64,000 nt of DNA from Tricharina praecox (lineage: Eukaryota). Shown in pieces: positions 14,578-27,200 of this stretch. Every line of letters begins with the position of its first letter. Positions within the stretch are counted from its first letter, which is position 1. Under the pieces are notes generated by a model. The model had not been told where the DNA came from, made no database searches, and saw only the letters and a list, made by a program, of their open reading frames with translations. Made by a program: the position numbers and the translations under genes. Where the stretch lies: contig NW_026250426.1 in NCBI RefSeq assembly GCF_024521635.1, positions 124,001 to 188,000 of the forward strand, written 5' to 3'.

Positions 14578-17500
14578 TTTAAATTGTTTATTTCTCTACC
14601 GGGAGCGAGCGAGCGACTCTCTCTCTCTCTCGAGAGAGAGAGATCCGCTTCCGCTTCCGCGCGCGCTGCGGCCGGTAGATGTATGTATGGTAAGTAAGTG
14701 GGCCACTGGGCCAGACGGGCGTCGTTGTTCGTCGGAAAGCCATGTTGGGATTGCCGTGCGCATGTGCATATGCAGGTGCTGCTGAAGAAGGCTGGATTTA
14801 CGAGCGGGCGCAGAGGAGGAGGAAGAGGAGGGGGGCCATTTTTTTATTCGATTTTACTTTCTTACTGGCTCTGAAGGAGGGGGGGAATAGCAGTGGTGAG
14901 CGCAAGGGCACGGAAATGCGGCGGATTCGGATTTGGAATCAAATACATAGTCGGAGTGGCGAGCATGTACCGGGGAGGGGGGAGGGAGGGAGGAAGGGAG
15001 GGAGGGAGGGTTTCCCGGCTGTCGCGAGGACGGGCGCGTAGATCCAACTAGCGGGGCTGGACGAAGTGCGTATGTATGGATGTAGGAGCGTGGTCAGTTT
15101 AGGCGTCCTGTCGGCGAACAGACAGGCAAACAGGCGAAACGCGTAGCGTGCAGTAGCTGGGAACTGTGGCATGGTATGATCCCACAGACACAGACACAGC
15201 CAGGGCCGGGGCGGGGCGGGGGCCGGACGGGGGAAATGGAATGTTCGGTGATGGTGATGAATGACGGCTGTCTGCGATGTATGTCTGTATGCGACTTGAT
15301 GTAGGTGGCCTGCGTGAGACCTAGACCTCTCGAGAGTGGTGTTTGTTGTTGGGAAGGAGGGGAAGGAGGAGGGCTGGAAGAAAGGAGGAGGATGGGGGGG
15401 GGAGAGGGAGGGGAACGACGACGACGAGGGCGAGGAGGGGTGACTTCGAAAGGTGGTGCGTGCGTGGTTGGCTCGTTGCGGCAAGCACAGACGGTCGAAC
15501 TGGCAGTCTCTGGCTTGTGATAGAGTAGATTCATAGTGCTCCCAGAGTACTCTGCGGACGGTAGATGTTTGCTGCCCCGTCCGACCCCTCATCCCCGCAA
15601 TATTCAAAACTACCTGCGATATAGATTGCCCGCGTAAGAGTGCAATTGGGATATGTTGATGCGGACAAGGGTAGCTCCGTTCGCTACATAGGTTTCCGAT
15701 CCCCGAATCTTGGTCGCTTCTTTTAGTTGGCTGTACGTAAAGTTAGGGACGGCCAATAATGCGCTTCAAGGCACTTACGTTCCAGCAACTGGTAACCACC
15801 ACAACAGGTATCTAACACTTCGACGACACCTTTCACCCGGACCTTTACCTGGTCGGCTACCGGAGCAGGTGAGGTAAACTATCGGGAGTTTGAGGAACCG
15901 GTGTACGGGTAAGTCCCTTCACTGGCGATGCACTCACATATCTAGTGCGCATTCCTGCGGATCCCTCTGCCACGCTTCTGCTCATGTGGCCGAGAGGGGG
16001 AAGGAACTCTGGACTACTCTAGTTTCCGGCAGCTTGGCAGCCAAACCCCTTGTCCGGATCCCTTAACAAACGGACGTAAGAAGGGAGGAGGACAGAAATT
16101 CGGTTGGGCCATCTCGCCGGACCGAGTCGGAGTCGTCCTGATTGACTTCTGGATGCCATCTCAAAGCCAGCAAGCCCTCCTTCTTCGTCTTCTAGTGGCG
16201 ATATACCGTAGCTCTTTTGACTGGACGTGCTTAGCCGAATCGTCAGCTGTTGCCTGGGCAAGACTTGCGGCTGTGATGGCATCTTCCGAATGGTGGAGAA
16301 TAAACGATGTCCGACGACGCAGCAGTTCTCGCGGAGTTCGGCGCAGCGGCTTGCGAGCGATCAACCCGGTCAGGTCAGCGTCGATGACGGAAGAAGGGAG
16401 TGCACGCCGCTCTGCTCTAGTTGTCTGTCGCTCACTGGGCATCTCGGCCATCCGAACCATTTCAGCGTGACGTGCTGCTGATCCGTATGAGCGGGGGTGA
16501 TGGAGTCAGGGCGTTGGCACTACAGGACTCCACACATGCCCCTCTTCCTGTTTCGCTGTCTTTGTATGGCACACGTCGGTGGTGTCTCGAGAGTTGGTCC
16601 GTCTCCAGCACATGAGCGGTCATTGACCATCGGGGCGGAGTAGGATGAGGCTCAGAAAGGCCAACGGATTTCCAAGAGACTGTGCGAGGTCCAACCGAAA
16701 TCAGCCCTGGAAGAAGTGCTCGGAGAAGAGTTAGCCAGGCCATGTGAGCTTATGAAGCACAAACGTGTTACTCCAAGAGCCGGAAACCCCGCATTCACCG
16801 TATCCGAGTTAGGTCGTATGGCAGGATTGTAGCGCGATGACCTGGAAAGTCGACGCCTGTCCGTGAGGAAACGGGTAGCTGGTAGTAGCAAAGATGGAAA
16901 AACGGCGCTTGAGATCCACTGGAACCCAGTCGTCAGGTAGTAGAAACGCGCCCGTCGGACGAATAAGAACGGGCTGAGTAGCCATCCATTGCGAAGGTCA
17001 GGCGATGTATGCGCAGAGGTGAAGTCGGCTGTAGAGCGTTCCCGGCAATTGACGCAAGTCACGATGGGTGTTTGCACATGACAGCCCCACTCCGTCCTGG
17101 TCAATGCAAGGGAAGGGAAGGATGAATGAGGCTCTGGAAGGGTAAACCGGGGTGCAGGAGGCTGGAGCACGGCCCACACCTCAGATCTGCCTGAACACAC
17201 AGTGGGGAGTGGGGAGTGGGGGAGCTGGACGACAAACGTGGTCGGCGGGCACGCGGGCAAGCTTCCATGTTGTGTCGGGTAGATGAACGGTACATACAGA
17301 CACCAGACGAACTGAGTGGGGGGAGGGGGGGAGGGGGAGCACGCGATGGGCCAGGCGTCTATGACGTATGCATATGTGCGTGTTGGATGTTTCGCGTATA
17401 AAGGGCACCATGTCACGTGGAGACCCGGAAGAAAAGGAAAGAAATGAAACACGGAGGAAAAAGAAAGCAACGTCAGCGCCAAGTGCCGGACAAATTCTCT

Positions 17501-19766
17501 TCCACCAGCACCACCACGACCACCACCACCTCATCATCATCACCACCACCACCATCTTCTGCTCCACGTAAATCTGTCTTGTTATTATTGTTGTTCGAGG
17601 CTCTTGGACCGTCTGGAGTGGCTCTGTTTGCAAGCGTTGTTTCTTCCGCTCTTCCATCCGCTATCTTCCCCTCAGTTGCGCCCGTAATAATTAATTGCCG
17701 CTCCAACTCGCGTGGCCGCAACATCTCCGCTGGCATCAATCCCCACCCCCCCTCCCCGCACGCGGTTCCTTCCCTTCCATTCAGCAGCCCGCCCACACCC
17801 GGAAGGTAGCTCGCTTGTTAGCTGCCTCCGGTCTTCTGGGGAGTGGGCACGGAAGAAAGTGCGAAGGAATACTTATGCTACATACTAGTAACTCGAGTGG
17901 ACGATAGTTACCAGTTCCTATGTAGAGTACAGCATGTGGTTGTGGCTTCAACTAACGGCTGCCCGCTCGGACGTTGGCCATGGATGCGGTTGTCGTGCAG
18001 TGAGTTGCAGTGAGTTGCAGGCGCCGACGACGATATCTATGTAGAGATAGGACTTCGCGCTCTGCTCTGCTATAATATGATACTAGTAGACGTTGCACTA
18101 CACAATTCCATGATCCGGTTCAAAATTACACTTCCGAACACCACATACATACGAGAGCGAGCAGGCGAGGAGGTTCCTGCGGTGGTCCGGCCTGATAAAC
18201 CCCATTCCGTTCCGGAGATAGCGGTTGTGCCCGTTTCTGTTTCTCCGTTCTCCATATCTGTCGCTCTGTACTCGCCTCCGAGCTCCTCGAATCTCGCGTC
18301 AAGTGGTGGCGGCGGCGGTGCTCCATTGCCCAGATATGTACCGTCATGCCATTGCCCTCGCGCCCTTCCCCCAGCGTTCCCCGCCGGTTCTTCGCTTCAT
18401 CCTCCCTCCCTCCCTCCCTCCCTGCCTGCTGGTCGGCATGTAGTAGGTACATGCTCTAGGTTCGGAGGCAGCTAGGTATTCGTCCCGACAGCCCATCCCC
18501 CTCCACCCTCCATCCTCCATCCTCCCACATCCTCTTCGTTTTCCGGTGTGGATGCTGCATTGCTCGAGGGATCCGGAGTAGGAGGACGAGAAGGAGGAGA
18601 GAAGAAAGGGTAGGAGTAAGAGGAGGAGAAGGAGGAGGGAGAAGGAGAGGGAAGAGGGTGTACACACCCACCCGGAGGATCGAGCCATAATCCACCGTGC
18701 ATGCTTTAGAGTGCAGACACAGACATACATACATCCACCCCCTCCCCCCTCCCCTTCCCCTTCGTTCGATCTGTCGTCATATTTTCTGGGCAGGTGTAAG
18801 CAGTGGAAACGGAGGCCGCAGAGAAAACTGCAAGTAGGAGAAGAGACCGGTCTGGCTGCGGTCCATATGGGTGAGAGAGTGCAGTGCGTCAAGCAGAGCA
18901 GCGCAGTGCAGAGCCGAGCGGAGTCAATGGTGGAGTAAGTAGAGTACGGTACCCTTTTGAGCTCAGGCCTGAGGATACCTAGAGTACCGTGTGCTTCGCT
19001 CGCCATCAGCGCATGTTTCTCTTCCGCTTCTTCGGCCCTTCCGCTGTCCTTCGAAGTTCTTCGGTGTGGTGTTCTGATCGCCGGTAAGTCGGAGGCGGAA
19101 CCGTAGATGTTTATTCGCCCTCTTTTTTTTCCTTTCTTCTTTGTTTTTCTTTCCTTCTTTCGTTCTTTCCTTTTCCCTTTGCCCGCGCGCCCTTTGAATT
19201 CTGATGGGAATCGAAATCGGGATATATCAGCGGCCTGATATGCTGTCTGGAGCCGACAAAGAAGCTGCTGATGCCCTGTCTGCTTCGATTCCGCATTCCT
19301 TTTGATGATCATGGCCCATTAATCTCGCTGTCCTCTGTTCCCTTGCCTCGTCCAGTGTTCAGTGTCCACCATCCCATCATCCCATCACCAGAAATAAATC
19401 AGCATCACCGTCATACTTCCGTTCGCGTTCTTCTCCCGGGATCCACTCCAATATCAACCGAACCTACCTCACAGACTTACTTTACCACCCCCCTCCCTTC
19501 TCCCCCCCCGCCCCACCGCAAACCCCGGCCCATGAGTCCAGCGCCCAACGTCCGTCTCGTCTTCCACCTGCCATTTGAACATTAGACAAGAGACCCTTTT
19601 TTGCCTCTGCCCTATTTTTCTTACTCTACCCACCACCGCCGCTGCTGCTGCTTGGGTGGTACCGTCTCGTGTGTGCATGTGCTAGGTACTAGTAGAGCCC
19701 AGAGAGAAAGTGCGTAGTGCGAGACGAGCGAAGTGTGGGCGAAGCGTGCTGCATACGCATACTCGG

Positions 19767-21337
19767 TATACATAACCTGGGCCCGTACTCGATCACTCTC
19801 CGACACACACCCGTCGCTCTCTTCAGTCAATCCTCTCGCCTTCCCAGTGTCGTCGTCGCCGTCCAGTCAGTCGAGCCCGTCGAGCCCGTCGTGTCGTGTT
19901 GTTGTTGTTGCCGCTGAAGTGTGTGCGTGCGTGTGGTTTTCCGTTGACAAAGACACTCCCCCATCCTCCCCCGAAACAACACCACCTCTATTACCACAGT
20001 CCGGAAGCACACCCCCCCTCCACCCCCCTCCCCCACACCCGTTTGGTGAGTGACCCCCGCGCTTTCACTCTCACGCTCGCTTTCCCTCTCTCTCCCTCTC
20101 GCCCTCACGGTCTTCTGCCTGTCTCGTTGCCTCACTCTATATCGGCAATGACCGCTCTACCCCCCGCCTTCTACCACGCTCCTTCCCCTCCTTCCATTGT
20201 CCTCATCCTCCTCCCGGATCTCAGACAATAGTCCAGCAAACCAAACGTAGTCTCATTGCTTATTATTCCTGAGCAGGCAGCGGAAGAAGAGCAGACCCAA
20301 CCAACCAGCCAGCCAACTACATCACAACTCACATCACTCTACCGAACCCGCCCGTGATCGGATAACTGAACCGCCGTCGCCGTCCCCATCGTCGCTCCGT
20401 CCGAACGATATATTCCGGACACAGTTCTTTCTGCACCTGTAACTCGGCGTGCAATTGCTCTCTAGCTACACGGACAGACAGACAGACAGACGGAAAAGTC
20501 AGGGAGCGTGCTGTAGACAGATACACCACGGATTCTCCACCTTCACAGACCACCGTTGCCTGTCCCATCCTCCTCCCCCTCATCCTTCTCCTCCTTCTCC
20601 ACCTTCTCACACCCCAACACCACCTCCTTCCTCTTCCTTCGCCTTCCTCCGCCCGCTGCCCCTCTGCAGAAGAGGAGTTTGCCTGTTCTACATCCCGTCT
20701 CGCTCGCTCTCGTCTCTCCGCCTGACCGCGTCGGAACCAACCCGGTGATTCGAAACCTTGCTGCAAGGCCAAGATTTGAACATCGCCCGTGCACGATCAT
20801 CCCAACGATCACACTTGCCTCCATCCTGCTGCGTCTTCCATCCAGCCAGAAACGAAACATTCCTATTCCAGTACTGGTGCCGGGTCCCCTGTCGCTTGAT
20901 TTGTTCATAGCCATCCCCCTCCCCCACCTTTCTGCAACAATCCCGCACACTACAGGTCAGCGCCAGGTTTCTTAAAACATAGTTGTGCCACCGTTGCGCC
21001 GACCTCCGCCCGCCGCGTTCAACGCGCCCTCCACCCCCTCCCCCCCGAACACCATCGAATCTCACTACATACCTCCCCTCCACCCACCCACCCTCCTCGA
21101 CTCCTCCACCTCCACCACCACCACCACCACCACCACCACCCATCCACCCACCACACCGGCTGCTTCATCGGCTGCACCCCCAGGAACACACCGCTTTTGA
21201 AAGCTTCCACTGCGACACACAAGTAATATCAGGGAACAAAAGCAAAAAATATATATATACCGAGGTCTCAAATAGTCACCTCCATCGCCTCACCCTCTGA
21301 GCAGAGCAGAGAAGAAACCCCCCAAGAAACAGAAGGC
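19767..21337 (+). promoter_or_regulatory. Putative areA core promoter and long 5' leader with a candidate UTR intron
   Basis: TATA-like TATACATAA at 19767, followed by CT-rich DNA and a consensus donor GTGAGT at 20046. Only one ATG (20148) lies between 19680 and the areA start. Confidence 0.5.
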
Positions 21338-24229
21338 ATGGCGTTCAATGGGCGTGGGGGAACAACTGCGCAGGCGACTGGGTTGCCATCTGCTGGTGCG
21401 ACATCAAACAACACCACTCAACACACTCGCCGATTACATCCCTCTTCTCCACAAAAACGGCCAGTTTCCGGGATCTCAACATTACTCTCCAAAGGATCCG
21501 GGGAAAGTTCCACCACCGACAATCTGGAGGTCTCTACCGCACAGTCGTATGCTCGGAAAGAGTTGCTCGGCGGCACTTCGTTCGACAATCTTGGGGCACT
21601 ACCTTCCGCACCCGAAGAGTCACCGGAGGACATGCAAAAAAAAGATCCCCTTGCGACGCAGGTATGGAAGCTATATAGCAAACAAAAAGGGACTCTGCCG
21701 AACGCGGAGCGAATGGAAAATCTGACTTGGAGAATGATGGCTTTAACACTTCGAAGAGAACGGTATGTTTTTCATTCTTTCTTTCTTTTTATTTATTTTC
21801 CCAGCCCTCCCGACCACCCTGGGGAGGGGGGGGGGCGGATTTAAATTATTTATATGGGACGAGTCCCACGAATGGCGATTGCAGAACGGTGCATGCCTTT
21901 TGCGAATTTTGTTGGATTTCGTTTCTGACACCATTATTGCGTTTTTTTAGCGCTGCGAAGGCATCACAACGAAAGCAGGCGCAACGGTCCCTCTCGGATG
22001 CGCACACGCATTCACCGTTCCGGATCAACAGCAACTCCAACAACTATACCACAGACAGTGATAGCATGTTTATGGACGACCTCACATTCACATCCCCTTC
22101 ATCGATGGTTGGCTCTCCCGGCGAAAGCAGTGGACTCGGACACTCCCCCGCAAGCGACAACCACCCCACCTCCTCACACGCCTCCGCTTCCGCGATACCG
22201 ATCAAGAAGGAACGCGGCGGTTCTTTGATAATGGGTTCGCATGGTGCTCCAGCATCTGCCCCTCAAAATCACTTCGACCTGAGGGAACACGAGGGAGAAT
22301 TCGGATATGTCCAGCGACGGATACGGAAAACAAGCGTTGATGAGCGAAGGGTAGGCATCTTTTCGCTGTTCCCCCCCTCAACCTCGTCGTTTCTGCGACC
22401 GGCGGAAGGGCTTCATCGGTTCTTGACTGACATCTGCGGTGTAATAGCCTCCCAAGCGAAGGGCCGAATGCTCACCGCTTGTTCATCCTATTGCCAGCAT
22501 CATGATCCCCAACGACCCCGATCCCGAGATGGGCGAGTACACCCTCGATCATGACTCGCACTACTCCACAAATAACCATCACCACTCCTCCCTCTCCTAC
22601 GGTTTGGACACTTCCAACGACGGAGACCAGTTCCTTACCTCCGCCGGCCCTTTCCAAACCAACTTTTCCTTCTCGCCGATGCAGTCGCCGCTCGTCTCCA
22701 CCGGTCCATTCTCCAACATGTACCACTCCAACCACAACGATTTCTATTCCCCGCCTCCTTCCGCCAATCACTCGGTTGTCTCGACACCGCACCCTCTTGC
22801 CGAGCAGTCTGGTGGTAGCTTCTTCGAATCCGCGAGCATGTCGCAGGGCCGCCCAATTCCGACGTTCGGAGGCAACTCGCGGGCCAGTACCGTTCCCAAC
22901 AGCTATGCGTCCAACGATTTCTATTACCACCCGCATAACGATCCCCTCCTCAGCGCGAACCAGTCTGCATCGCATTCCGGTTTACCCTCGCCAGGTTTTG
23001 GTGGGTTCCAGCACGTAAATCCATCGCAGGTACTGCGCGACGACTTTGGTGTGGCAAAATCTCCTGGTTCTACAGGCGGTCCGTTTAACTTTGGCGCGGA
23101 TTCGGATGAAGACATAGACAGGGAAGGGTTCGATCGGATGCAGATACAGGCAGATTACACCTCTCTGGACGATCCCTCCCCCATGGATATTCACCCGGGT
23201 ATGCAGTCCTCACTGGGCAGTGGTGGGTGGGGTCGGGAATCGAGTGGACAATTCGCGAACCGATTCTCGCAGCAAAAGACTGTAAGGATAGGCGGTACAA
23301 CTGAAGCTCACTCGCCACAAGACTGGAATAATGGACCCACAGGTGGAGGTCACCACAGCAGGTCGCATTCAATTAGCACCTCAGTCAGCGATGTACGGAA
23401 TCGCGCGCCCGATCCAAATGGCTTCCGGCGACAGAAAATTGCGCGAACCACCTCTACGACTCAGTTGGCAATGCAACGCGGCATGCAGTCGGGTCCTAAC
23501 TCACCACCCGATAATGGCTTCAGCTCTGCCGAGCCTTCGCGACCACCGTCGCCAGATATTACGAAGGGCAGCAACGCGGCCAGTGGCGCGAACGGGAATG
23601 GTATGCCAACCACATGTACCAACTGCTTCACACAGACGACACCGCTGTGGCGAAGGAATCCCGAGGGTCACCCATTGTGCAACGCTTGCGGATTATTTTT
23701 GAAGCTCCACGGTGTTGTGCGACCGCTTTCCCTCAAGACCGACGTTATCAAGAAACGTAATAGAGGAAGTGGAAACTCGGTGCCAGTTTCGGGTACTTCG
23801 ACGCGAGCTGCGAAGAAGACCATCCGGAAAAATTCGATAGCGTCGAACGCAACGACAACGCCGACGTCGGCGCAATCAAAGAGCCTCGCCGGATCCGAGT
23901 CGCCACCGTCAGGGTTGTCGTCGTCAGCCAGCACCCCTACCAACGGTAACATGGTGGCGCCCGGAAAGAACTCGGTGATTCCGATTGCCGCTGCTCCTCC
24001 AAAGGGTTCAGGTATGAACCGACCGATTGCGGTCGCGCCGAAACGGCAGCGACGACTTTCGAAGAGCCAGAATGGGCACATTCAGGAGGAGGAGGATGAT
24101 GACGACGGAATGATGCAGCAATCCACATCTTCTATTGTCCATTCCACGACTCACCACACACCGATCGCCCCTGCAGTTAATCCGACATCGGGCACGCAGG
24201 AATGGGAGTGGCTCACAATGTCACTTTAA
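21338..24229 (+). CDS. areA: GATA-type global nitrogen regulator AreA/NIT-2; exons 21338-21762, 21951-22350, 22448-24229
   Basis: GATA finger [51 protein letters not shown]-terminal [11 protein letters not shown]...[11 protein letters not shown] block, [15 protein letters not shown] motif and the diagnostic C-terminus [10 protein letters not shown]. Both GT-AG introns keep the frame. Confidence 0.98.
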
Positions 24230-27200
24230 ATTCTGTGACCACTGCATGGAACGACGGTTTTATTGTTTTTGATTTTTTTGATTTATCGCTTGCTTTCTTG
24301 CGGCGTTTTGTGGTAAAGCGGTGGGGGTTTTCTGTTGTGCACTTGAGTACGAGACAGTGCCTTTATTCATCTTTGCTTTGCGTACAGCACGGTGGGGTTT
24401 GGTTTTTGTTATTTTATACTTTTGCTTTCCTTCAGGTTTTTCTACGGCGTGAATTGAGTGGGGCTTTTTTGTCTTGTCTTTTTCCACTGGGGTTCTTTGT
24501 GGGTTTGCTTGCTATGTTCCCGATCGTATTTGCGACGGGTAGACATGTCCTAGTTACGTGCATACGAGCTGGTAATGCGCTGATGAGCTGTGGTTGGGCG
24601 GGGTGGGGGGAAGGGCGGTCGGGGGCTGGTGGAAAGGCGGGCGGACGAGGGTTGGTGGAAAGGCGGGCGGGCGGGCATAGGACCGGTGGAGGAGATGGGT
24701 GGAGGAGGAGATGGGATGGGAAGGATGGATCGACGGGTGATGGGTGATGGACGGGGTTCGTGGGCGGGATTACTAGGACACCTCTGTATATTCTCCGAGA
24801 GCGCGCGTTTCCTACTTCTACTTTGGGGTTTTTCTTTCATCTTTTGTTTTGTTCTGGATGGGATCATGTCTTTTCTTCTTCTTCTCGCTTCACTTCCCTA
24901 TTCTTTCCCGGGAATTTTTTGGTTGGGGCTTTCCTTCTCTCGTTCCAATTTTGTAGTTAGAGTAGCCCTTTTTTACTCTATTTTTTTCTCTTCGGTTTTT
25001 TTACTTCGGTTGAAATTACTTTTGGCTTGATCTTGCTTCTGTTTCTGTTTCTGTTTCTCGTTTCTCGTTTCTGTTTCTCGATAACTCCATAGATGTGAGA
25101 TGATGGCTGGTCTACTTACCTATTGTGTGTGTGTGGGAGTGGGAGTGAGTGTGGGGAGGGGTTAATCAGGTTTTATTCTGCTTCTGCATCCGTTCGATGC
25201 TGCTGCTGCCTGCAAGTTCCATCTACATCTACTGTGTGGCTGCCTGGCTTGAACACGCTTTTCCGTGTTTCCATTTCTGTTTCTGTATTTTTCTGCAGCC
25301 GTTTCCGTTCCGGCGAGTTCTTACTGTTCTTGTTCTTGCTGTTGTTCGCACAGAAATAAAGTCGAATATTATACACAAAATGTCACTCGAAAAAGTGGCC
25401 GGATCCTCCGGCCGGTTAAAGGAACAGACAACGGGGGAGGGGGGGGGGGGGTGATCAGCACCCTCTATGTGTGGATGTATGTGCGCCACCGGGGTTTAGA
25501 TCGGGACCCGGGTCTGCTCCTGGCTCCTGAAGATCTCCTCCCCCTCCATCCCCTCCCCTCGTCTCGTCGATGACAGTGGTGGTGGTGGGGGGGGGGGGGT
25601 GTATGTGTGCAGAGTAGTGTAGTGTAGTGGATGTGCCATGTGGTCGCCGAAGTGTAGTGTAGTGTACCTAGCGTACGTGCGCCGGCCGTCTAGCCGGCCA
25701 CGGGCGGAAAAATGTACCGTACCGTCCTCCAGATACCTCTCCATCACCACCACCACCACAGCCGCCGCCGCCATCGAGTAGGAACAGTCTACAGAGGTGG
25801 TTTGCGTGCAATTGGTGGCTGAGCGAATTTCGTTCTACTCTATGTCTACGTATATACCACGCTATGTACATAGAGTAGCTAGAGTAGCCACTAGTAGCTG
25901 CGTGGCGCTCGCTACGGGTTCTCTAGCTCCTCCTGCTGCTGCTGCTGGGGGGCTGTGGCGCTGGCTGGCCTGGAGCATGCGTAACTTCCGGCCTGAGGGT
26001 TTTTCCGGCCCGCAGGCAGGGCTGATGGTTAGTTTTTGTGGTTGTTGTGGTTGTTATTCTAAGCTGTGGTTGTTGTGGTGGTGGTTGTGGTGGTTGTTGT
26101 GAAGTGAGGACGCAGGCGGTGACGAATGCGGCGGGTGCTGGTGCTGGTGCTAGCTAGAGTAGTGGAGGCGGAGGTGGATTTGGGGCGTTCGGGGGCGAAG
26201 GTTGAAGGGTGGAGCAGGAGCAGGAGTAGGAGCGATGGAACGTGGGGGGATGGATGGGGAGGGGGCGAGTCGGTAAATTACCATTGAGGTTTTTTTGGTT
26301 TGATTTTTGCTGCCGCCGCTTTTGGGGATTTAATTCGGTTTTTGTCGACCTTGGGCCAAGTGCCGCCCCCCGGGACCACTCGGATTTTCCGTGGCAAAGG
26401 TATGCTAGACTCCCCGCTGCTTACTCCGTGCTTACGACTGCGACTGCAACTGCGACTGCGAGCTGGGTCGCCCGCCCGCTCCGGGGGGAATACATGCCAC
26501 CCCCCGTCCACAGTCCCGCCTCTCTGTCGCGTTCGTTCGCTTGCCTGTTCGCTCGCTCGCTCGTTCGTTCGTTTGTAGTATATACCGGTACATACAAGGC
26601 GCCGATGCCGGGGCTGGCCCCAAGTTCAAACACTTTATAGTATGTACTTCTCTACTGTACTCAGCTCAGAAGGTACTTCGGTACTTCCATTGGTACCAAC
26701 TTACTCGCCACTATGGGCGGGGCTGCGACTACCGCATTCATCCATTGTGCCTTCGGCGCGGCTGGCCGGTTAATCCGTAAGAGCCGAGTGAGAATGTAGG
26801 TGGTAGAGTAGGCACTCTACTATACAAGCATGCGAGGAAGGAAGAAGGAAGAAGGAAGGAGAGCATGGCATGGCAAACGCCGCGTTGCTGCGTCGCCGTT
26901 GCCGGCACCGTGGCTTTTTGGCCCTGGAGTCTTGGGTCTGTAATTGAGTCTGTAATTGAGCCGAGTGTTTAGGTACATACATACCTATACGGGAGATCCC
27001 TTTGGGCCGTGGAATATGCGCGGCTACATATGGCGTGATGTTTCCTGAAGCCGGGGCCGGGGCTGGCTGACTGCCTGGCTGGGGAGGAGAGAAATTTTGG
27101 AGCTGCACACTTGTCCCAAGGGCTTCGGCATTGTGGTAGTGGCGGTGGTGGTTCTCACTGTTGGGTGGGGGCTTTCTCGGCGCTGTTAGTGTATTATCAC

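Noticed and set aside
18344..19312. 322-aa minus-strand ORF
   Set aside because: Runs through simple repeats, has no recognisable domain and has composition typical of non-coding DNA.
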